From Synechocystis sp. PCC 6803 substr. PCC-P (GTDB lineage: Bacteria > Cyanobacteriota > Cyanobacteriia > Cyanobacteriales > Microcystaceae): 32,000 bases of DNA. Location of the stretch: contig NC_017039.1 in NCBI RefSeq assembly GCF_000284455.1, forward strand, positions 2,340,001 to 2,372,000, written 5' to 3'. The position numbers and the translations under genes were made by a program. Below are positions 26,701-32,000 of the stretch, one piece after another; within the stretch, counting starts at the first letter, position 1; every line of letters starts with the position of its first letter. The notes under the pieces were generated by a model that was not told the DNA's origin, did no database searches, and saw only the letters and a list, made by a program, of their open reading frames with translations.

Positions 26701-27009
26701 GCGGCGGCTTTTGCGGCCAAGGAAAGGATGCGACCGATTCTGATGACCGCCATTTCCGGGCTGGTGGGTTTTTGGCCCTTGGTAATTGCTTCTGGGGCGG
26801 GGGCGATGAGCCGCTGGTCCTTGGGAACGGCTATTTTTGGTGGTTATCTAATTTCCACCATTCTTAGTTTGTTCCTAGTGCCGGTGCTCTATACCCTTGT
26901 CAAAGAGGCTGAGGCTCGCTTTTTGAAGGGGGAGAAAGGGGAAGGTGATTCTAATCCACCCCCTCCCTCCGGGGAAGATAATGGGGAGCCTGTTAATAAC
27001 CCCAGCTAG
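23758..27009 (+). CDS. RND-family inner-membrane efflux transporter (AcrB/AcrD/AcrF-like)
   Basis: 1083 aa. The N-terminus ISNVFIKNPVLTTVCTIVIILLGAIALPLLPLAKLPDMAPKQVQVTTNYVGSDAQ is typical of the family. Two large periplasmic loops alternate with hydrophobic TM bundles, including ATGLVVDDGILVVE in TM4 and LASKNAILIVEF in TM10. Confidence 0.9.
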   Translation: MLLSISNVFIKNPVLTTVCTIVIILLGAIALPLLPLAKLPDMAPKQVQVTTNYVGSDAQTAVDNVTTVLERQINGTEQVIYMNSTTDNTGTSTINVYFPVEMDRNIAQVLVQNNVAIAASSLPEVVNRQGVTTQTQSPSVTIAYGVYSENDDQGKPIYDDIFVSNFVDRVLLDEIKRIDGVGSAILIGASEYAMRFWLDPDALAARDLTAADVTNAIRSQNIQVGVGGVNLPPVTDQQRFQINARALSRFTTPEEAEQIVVKVGDDGTLIRIKDVGRATIGTQNYIQTALFNNAPAVAFVIYQLPGTNALDTANMVKEKMAELRPLFPPGLNAEVALDNTLFVTASLEEAALTLIEAILLVILVIFIFLQNWRTTLIPALAIPVSLIGAMAFALAFGFSLNQLTLFGVILATGLVVDDGILVVEAIEVKLDQGMKPFQAALDAMGELTGAVISTSLVLMAVFIPVTFFPGTTGIVYKQFAVIMASAVAVSTFNAISFSPSMSAILMRPKKEVHGPLAWFFNLFNRTFDWLKERYGNIITAILKVRLLAIPIFIGSLILTVIVYNITPTGFIPEEDQGYFFMLGNSPAGVSIEYTKDVISQATEIVSARPEVEHVLGMGGFSFLGNDSSKSLFFVKLKNWDERPGQKGSVFGLLAEINRELAQKIPDAQVFAVNAPPVDGLSSTGGLDFYIQNRGGMPLENFLDYVQQYMEKLRQEPALNPRTVFTQFTFNAPLLEIGVDREKANAQNVDISEVFNTIGIYMGSSYINQFVMESRLYQVYAMADGQFRSNPRDIGRLYVRSRTGALVQLSNLIDVKQTTYPPILTNFNIYPAVDVQASPAAGYSTGQAMATMERLSKEMFPDSIGYAWYGTGYEELQSAGAAPIIFGLAFIMVFLVLSAQYESYVDPAIIMMTVPLAILGAIGAILLRANFMVATNMVWPTVNNNVYAQVALVMLIGLASKNAILIVEFGNQAMDLGMKIPQAAAFAAKERMRPILMTAISGLVGFWPLVIASGAGAMSRWSLGTAIFGGYLISTILSLFLVPVLYTLVKEAEARFLKGEKGEGDSNPPPPSGEDNGEPVNNPS

Positions 27010-27109
27010 CAAGATTGGGGGCCAGCAACCTAGACTAGAAAGTGAAGCCAATGGCTTTGGGGCAACTTAAACTCTGGAATTTTCCAGCTTGAGGGGGAGG
27101 CATTAACCC

Positions 27110-28474
27110 ATGGCGATCGCCACTATTAATCCGGCCACGGGCCAAACGGTGCAGACTTTCATCGCCCATAGTCAGGTGGAAGTTAATGCCAAGTTGGATT
27201 TGGCCCAGGAAACATTCCAAAGTTTTCGCCATTTACCTTTTGCTCAACGGGGGCAATGGTTAAGAAAGGCGGCGGATATCCTCGAACAACGGCGGGATGA
27301 ATGGGCCGCCCTGATGACCCTGGAAATGGGCAAATCGATCCCACAGGCGATCGCCGAAGTGAATAAATGTGCCCTGGTCTGTCGTTTTTATGCGGACAAA
27401 GCCGAGGAATACTTAGCCGATGAAGTGGTGACCACCGATGCTAGCCAGAGTTTCATTGCTTACCAGCCCCTGGGGGTAATTTTGGCGGTGATGCCCTGGA
27501 ATTTCCCCTTTTGGCAGGTGTTTCGTTTTGCGGCCCCAGCTCTGATGGCCGGTAATGTGGGTCTGCTCAAACACGCTTCCAATGTGCCCCAATGTGCGTT
27601 GGCGATCGCCGAAATTTTCCAAACCGCCGGGTTTCCCGAAGGAGCGTTTCAAACCCTATTGATTGGAGGCAAAGTGGCCAGTGAGTTGATGGCCGACGAC
27701 CGCATCCAAGCAGGAACTTTAACCGGTAGTGAACCCGCTGGAGCTAGTTTCGCCAGCGCCGCCGCAGGGCAAATTAAAAAAACCGTGTTGGAATTGGGCG
27801 GTTCCGATCCCTTCATCGTCCTCGAAGATGCGGATTTAGACCAAGCCCTAAAAGTAGCTGTGCCAGCCCGGATGCAAAACAACGGCCAATCTTGCATTGC
27901 CGCTAAAAGATTCATTGTCCAAGCCAGTGTTGCTGAGGAATTTTTCCAACGTTTAACCAAAGCATTCCAAGCTCTTAAAGTAGGAGATCCCAGCCTCTCA
28001 ACCACCGATATTGGGCCCCTAGCTACCCCTGATATTTTGGCGGACATTGTTGCGCAAGTAGAACAAACCATTGCTGCTGGAGCCCACTGTCGTTGTGGCG
28101 GCCAAGCCCTAGACCAACCGGGAAATTACTATCCTCCCACCCTGCTCACCGACGTTCCCCCCAACGCCCCTACCTACCGTCAGGAATTTTTTGGCCCCGT
28201 GGCCCTCGGATTTACTGTCGATAATTTAGAGGAGGCGATCGCCTTGGCCAATGACATTCCCTTTGGGTTGGGGGCCAGTGCATGGACAACTAACCCGGAA
28301 AATCAACAAAAACTAATCCGGGGCATAGAAGCCGGGGCTGTATTCATTAACGGTATGACTAAATCTGACCCCCGCATTCCCTTTGGAGGCATCAAGCGCT
28401 CTGGCTTTGGGCGGGAACTTGGCCGCATGGGCATTTTAGAATTTGTCAATGCTAAAACCGTTTGGATTGCTTAG
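27110..28474 (+). CDS. gabD: NAD(P)+-dependent succinate-semialdehyde dehydrogenase (aldehyde dehydrogenase superfamily)
   Basis: 454 aa. ALDH catalytic motifs are present: ELGGSDPFIV (catalytic Glu), NGQSCIAAKRF (catalytic Cys) and WNFPFWQ. The short N-terminus (MAIATINPATGQ) is typical of the SSADH subgroup. A GGAGG Shine-Dalgarno lies about 11 nt upstream. Substrate assignment rests on family resemblance and my recollection of the Synechocystis slr0370 context. Confidence 0.8.
   Translation: MAIATINPATGQTVQTFIAHSQVEVNAKLDLAQETFQSFRHLPFAQRGQWLRKAADILEQRRDEWAALMTLEMGKSIPQAIAEVNKCALVCRFYADKAEEYLADEVVTTDASQSFIAYQPLGVILAVMPWNFPFWQVFRFAAPALMAGNVGLLKHASNVPQCALAIAEIFQTAGFPEGAFQTLLIGGKVASELMADDRIQAGTLTGSEPAGASFASAAAGQIKKTVLELGGSDPFIVLEDADLDQALKVAVPARMQNNGQSCIAAKRFIVQASVAEEFFQRLTKAFQALKVGDPSLSTTDIGPLATPDILADIVAQVEQTIAAGAHCRCGGQALDQPGNYYPPTLLTDVPPNAPTYRQEFFGPVALGFTVDNLEEAIALANDIPFGLGASAWTTNPENQQKLIRGIEAGAVFINGMTKSDPRIPFGGIKRSGFGRELGRMGILEFVNAKTVWIA
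27113..27120. repeat. HIP1 octamer GCGATCGC (example from flanking genes, encoding A-I-A at the SSADH N-terminus)
   Basis: Exact GCGATCGC within atg gcg atc gcc. By eye roughly 20 such octamers lie outside the giant gene, for example at 315-322. Confidence 0.95.
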
Positions 28475-28645
28475 TCCGCCACCATTTTAAAATTATCGCT
28501 CTTCTATTCAGTGTAGGCGGTAAAGTCTATGGGAACTTCCAGTTTAAGGGCTGTCCCGTTAAATATGGCTTCGAGTTTTTGAAGCATAATTTTCTAACGT
28601 CTGTGGATTTTTTTAAGCATAGCTTGACCTTCTGTTGGTCGAATT

Positions 28646-29938
28646 CTAGGGATTTTCATCCATATTCGGTTCATAGGGCAGCTCAATGGTGAACATTGCT
28701 CCCCCAGTTTCATGGTTAGCTGCGGTTAAATTTCCCCTGTGGGCCAGGACAATTTCCTTGGCGATCGCCAAACCCAGGCCACTGCCATGGCGTTGACTAT
28801 CGGGATGTAGGCGAGCACGGGAACTATCACCCCGATAAAGTCGCTCAAAAATGTAGGGTAAATCCCTTGGTTGAAATCCTAGGCCTTGATCCCTAATAAT
28901 CATGGTGATCCCTTCTGTGCCTTGATGACCCTGCACAAAAATAGTCCCTTCCGGTGGGCTATATTTCAGCGTATTGTCCAAAATATTCATCAATACCTGC
29001 ATCAGACGATCGCCATCCCCCTCTAGGTTCAACTTGGTTGGCCCTTGGTAATCCAGGGTGATATTTTTTACCACGGCGATCGGGGTTAATCGCTCCCAGG
29101 TAATGGCGAGTAAATGGCGTAAATTAATCGGTTCTGGCTCGAGGTAAAGATTGGGATTAGCGGTTATTTGGGTTAAATGGAGCCAACTTTCCACCAAATT
29201 CTGCAAACGAGAAATCTCCTTCAACAACCGTTCGGCCCAGTCCCCATCTTCAGCGGGCAGTCGAGCCTGTAAACGTTCCGCAATCAAAGCCACCGCTGTT
29301 AAAGGGGTTCGTAACTCGTGGGCCAGATCGGAAAAAGCTTGATCCCTACCCTGGCGCAGGGCCGCTAAAGTTTGGCGATTTTCCACAAATACAGCCACTT
29401 TGCCTTCTTTGAGGGGAAATCCCGATCCCCTGAGAAGAATCGACTCTGGTGTTAGTGGGCGGTGATTGCCCCAACCTTCCATGGCGGCGGTGAGGGGAGG
29501 AAAAAATGACCATTCCCGAGTCTGGTTAGTTTGGGTTTGCCGGGTACACTCAATTAATTGATCCAATTCGTAGGAGCGAATAAACTCCAAAAAAAGCCTG
29601 CGTTCCCCCGGTTGCCAATAACGGATATGTAGCAAACTTTCAGCCGCAGGATTACACCATTCCAAATTATTTTCCTGATCGATTAATAAATAACCGAGGG
29701 GAGAAAGGGACATTACTCCCCGCCAATGGGCAATGGTATCTAGATATTCCGCACAGAGATCATTTAAGTGATTAATTTCTCGCCGCACCAGGGACACAAG
29801 GGACAGGGAATGGGAAACTTCCTGGGTATCCGGCAGCCCAGTGAGCAATTTTTTAATTTTATTATTGAGCCGAAACCGTTCGATCGCCCCGATGCCAAAA
29901 CCAATTGCCCCGCCGATCGCCAATGTAATTATTTCCAT
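28646..29938 (-). CDS. sphS: Sensor histidine kinase, PhoR/SphS-like (N-terminal hydrophobic segment, PAS-like region, HisKA, HATPase_c)
   Basis: 430 aa. H-box FSDLAHELRTPLT, N-box NILDNTLKYSP, G-boxes IRDQGLGF and GSGLGLAIAKE. A single N-terminal hydrophobic stretch (MEIITLAIGGAIGFGIGAI) is present with no periplasmic loop. This matches my recollection of the phosphate sensor SphS, and the symbol is given on that basis. Confidence 0.75.
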   Translation of the reverse strand: MEIITLAIGGAIGFGIGAIERFRLNNKIKKLLTGLPDTQEVSHSLSLVSLVRREINHLNDLCAEYLDTIAHWRGVMSLSPLGYLLIDQENNLEWCNPAAESLLHIRYWQPGERRLFLEFIRSYELDQLIECTRQTQTNQTREWSFFPPLTAAMEGWGNHRPLTPESILLRGSGFPLKEGKVAVFVENRQTLAALRQGRDQAFSDLAHELRTPLTAVALIAERLQARLPAEDGDWAERLLKEISRLQNLVESWLHLTQITANPNLYLEPEPINLRHLLAITWERLTPIAVVKNITLDYQGPTKLNLEGDGDRLMQVLMNILDNTLKYSPPEGTIFVQGHQGTEGITMIIRDQGLGFQPRDLPYIFERLYRGDSSRARLHPDSQRHGSGLGLAIAKEIVLAHRGNLTAANHETGGAMFTIELPYEPNMDENP

Positions 29939-30076
29939 GTTCTAGCAGTTGCCTAGTCCGGAGCAGCATTTTTTCCACCAGCGATGATAGCAATTATCAT
30001 CAAGTACAGCTAATAGCTAATGCGAACCCATTGAATTCTAGTCTTTTTAAGCTGAATCGCCATCAGTAGATACTTT

Positions 30077-31057
30077 TTAACCATCTTGATTGACGGAAAT
30101 TTGATTATCCACCGCCAGGGCCGTATGGCTGAGCACTAACTCTGGGTTCACCTGATTGGAGTCAGCATTGAGGGGGGGCAAAATGGGATAAAAGGGTTGA
30201 TGTAGGCTAATCAACTGAGCCAAAGTCCTTTTCAGTTGGGGACGGGGCACAATGGCATCGACAAAACCGTGGTGTAGTAAATATTCGGAAGTTTGAAAAT
30301 CGTCGGGTAACTTTTCCCGCAATGTTTGCTCAATCACTCGCCGCCCCGCAAAACCGATGGTGGCTTTGGGTTCCGCTAAAATCAAATCCCCCAACATGGC
30401 AAAGCTGGCAGTCACCCCGCCAGTGGTGGGATGGGTGAGCACAGGGATGTAAAGTAACTTTTGCTCCCGATGGTTTTGCAAAGCTCCAGAAATTTTGGCC
30501 ATTTGCATTAGGCTCAGCATGCCTTCCTGCATTCTGGCTCCACCGGAGGCACAAATAATTACCACGGGCAATCTTTCCAAAGTGGCGTACTCAATTAGGC
30601 GGCATAGTTTTTCCCCTACCACGGAGCCCATACTACCGCCCATAAACCGGAAATCCATTACCCCCAAGGCGATCGGTAGACCGTCAAGGCGACCGTGGCC
30701 AGTTTGCACTGCGTCCGTCAAATCTGTTGCTTTTTGGGTATCGCGGATGCGGTCTTTATAGGATTTGCGGTCTTTAAATTTGAGGGGATCGGTGGGCCGC
30801 AAATGTTCATTGATGGGTTGCCAGGTCTTGGCGTCAATCAACTGGCGAATCCGCTCGTCACTGTCCACCCGGAGATGGTGCCCACATTCGACACACACCA
30901 TCCAATTGCCCTGCAGATCCTTGGTGTAGGTCAACACACCGCAGGCCGGGCACTTAGTCCAGAGACCATCGGCCACCTCCCTTTCCTGGGGGGATTGGGG
31001 CTGGAGCACTGGGGGCTCAGCTTTTTCACGGTTGGCAAACCAATCAAATAGAGACAT
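30077..31057 (-). CDS. accD: Acetyl-CoA carboxylase carboxyltransferase beta subunit
   Basis: 326 aa. N-terminal C4 zinc ribbon [26 protein letters not shown], followed by the carboxyltransferase core ([41 protein letters not shown]). Confidence 0.95.
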   Translation of the reverse strand: MSLFDWFANREKAEPPVLQPQSPQEREVADGLWTKCPACGVLTYTKDLQGNWMVCVECGHHLRVDSDERIRQLIDAKTWQPINEHLRPTDPLKFKDRKSYKDRIRDTQKATDLTDAVQTGHGRLDGLPIALGVMDFRFMGGSMGSVVGEKLCRLIEYATLERLPVVIICASGGARMQEGMLSLMQMAKISGALQNHREQKLLYIPVLTHPTTGGVTASFAMLGDLILAEPKATIGFAGRRVIEQTLREKLPDDFQTSEYLLHHGFVDAIVPRPQLKRTLAQLISLHQPFYPILPPLNADSNQVNPELVLSHTALAVDNQISVNQDG

Positions 31058-31170
31058 ATTTGTTCGGGGACAGTGGCGATCGCCGGGGTAATCCAGAATA
31101 CATTCGCCATTCTACCAAGATCGTTGACCCCGCTTTGGCGATCGCCGGGTTGTCAGGGCTACAAAAGCCA

Positions 31171-32000
31171 TTATTGCGTGGAACCTTGCAACACCCAGGT
31201 ATCCTTACTGCCGCCGCCCTGGGAAGAGTTGACCACCAAGGAACCTTTGCGGAGGGCAACCCTAGTCAAGCCACCGGGATGGACATAAATTTCATCGCCC
31301 CGGTTAAGGATATAGGGACGGAGATCCACATGACGACCCTCCACCTGATCGCCGATCAAAGTGGGTACTCGGGAAAGATTTAGCACCGGTTGGGCAATGT
31401 AGTTACGGGGATTATGGCGAATGCGTTCGGCAAACTGGGCCCTTTCCTGGGGGCTGGCACTGGGGCCCATCAACATACCGTATCCCCCAGCTTCGTTGGC
31501 GGATTTGACCACCAATTCCGCCAGATGATCCAGCACATAATTTCTATCTTCTTCTCGCCAGCAAAGATAAGTGGGCACATTGGCCAAGAGGGGTTCTTCC
31601 TTGAGATAGTAATTAATCATCTCTGGCACATAGGCATAGATGACCTTATCATCCGCCACGCCCGTGCCGGGAGCATTGGCCAGGGCCACCCGCCCTTGGC
31701 GATACACTTCCATCAACCCTGGTACTCCCAGAAGGGAGTCTGGCCGAAACACCTCTGGGTCAATGAAATCATCATCCAGACGGCGATAGACCACATCCAC
31801 CCGTTGTAAACCCTTGGTGGTACGCATTTGTAGATAGCCATCGGCCACCACTAAATCCCGACCTTCCACCAACTCCACCCCCATTTGTTGAGCCAGGAAG
31901 GAATGCTCAAAGTAAGCAGAATTATTAATACCAGGGGTTAACACCACCACCACCGGGGCGGCTAAGTGGGGCGGAGCCAGGTTCAGCAAAGTTTCCAGTA
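31171..32000 (-). CDS. Circularly permuted ATP-grasp type 2 protein (COG2308 / DUF404-DUF407 family), N-terminus beyond window end
   Basis: The C-terminal 272+ aa are readable ([35 protein letters not shown]...[13 protein letters not shown]...VDLRPY). The frame stays open to the window edge. The family call is by motif recollection. Confidence 0.7.
   Translation of the reverse strand, partial: LETLLNLAPPHLAAPVVVVLTPGINNSAYFEHSFLAQQMGVELVEGRDLVVADGYLQMRTTKGLQRVDVVYRRLDDDFIDPEVFRPDSLLGVPGLMEVYRQGRVALANAPGTGVADDKVIYAYVPEMINYYLKEEPLLANVPTYLCWREEDRNYVLDHLAELVVKSANEAGGYGMLMGPSASPQERAQFAERIRHNPRNYIAQPVLNLSRVPTLIGDQVEGRHVDLRPYILNRGDEIYVHPGGLTRVALRKGSLVVNSSQGGGSKDTWVLQGSTQ

Noticed and set aside
28568-28585. 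GCTTC-8 nt-GAAGC hairpin in the convergent gabD/sphS spacer as a terminator.
   Set aside because: The stem is only 5 bp with no clear U-tract, which is too weak to call.
30008-30021. Tandem AGCTAAT-AGCTAAT upstream of the SphS-like gene as a possible Pho box.
   Set aside because: There are only two 7-nt copies with no spacer. As I recall it, the cyanobacterial Pho box is made of 8-bp CTTAACCT-like repeats with 3-bp spacers, and this does not match.
27413-31809. Antisense or nested ORFs in gabD (27413..27652, 27649..28071), sphS (29151..29342, 29768..29956), accD (30330..30554, 30495..30761, 30695..31051), the accD / ATP-grasp spacer region (31044..31259, 31060..31383, 31073..31288) and the ATP-grasp gene (31390..31809), plus 28462..28692 and 27035..27232.
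   Set aside because: They overlap strongly supported CDSs in other frames or strands, or fall in short spacers, and have no motifs or ribosome-binding sites.

Overview
The window looks like cyanobacterial chromosome. HIP1 octamers (GCGATCGC) are dense in the flanks, and psbI, an SphS-like kinase, accD and an NADP-SSADH-like gene are present. From memory, and unverifiable here, the gene order resembles the slr0359-slr0370 / sll0337-sll0335 neighbourhood of Synechocystis sp. PCC 6803. About 45% of the window (9150..23513, + strand) is one uninterrupted 4787-aa ORF. It reads as a giant modular cell-surface or adhesin-like protein: an N-terminal DUF4347-like domain, an uncharacterised beta-rich module, about 33 Ig-like modules, a cadherin-like segment and four C-terminal DUF4114-like domains. 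Its core is a higher-order tandem array with an 888-bp period and about 6.3 copies. By eye and from the six-frame track I found only two variable nucleotides between units, both synonymous. I saw no signal peptide, RTX repeats, sorting signal or dedicated secretion genes, and the gene is almost free of HIP1. This is the main candidate for an undescribed system. The flanking genes are a PAS-GGDEF-EAL protein (5' truncated), an NCS2/AzgA-like permease, an RsuA/RluB-type pseudouridine synthase and a YqeG-type HAD phosphatase. They also include an LptD/OstA-like protein, psbI (absent from the ORF track), a DUF721 zinc-ribbon protein and an RND pump with no adaptor gene. The remainder are an SSADH, the SphS-like kinase, accD and a circularly permuted ATP-grasp protein (truncated). 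I found no tRNA or rRNA genes, CRISPR arrays or transposases.
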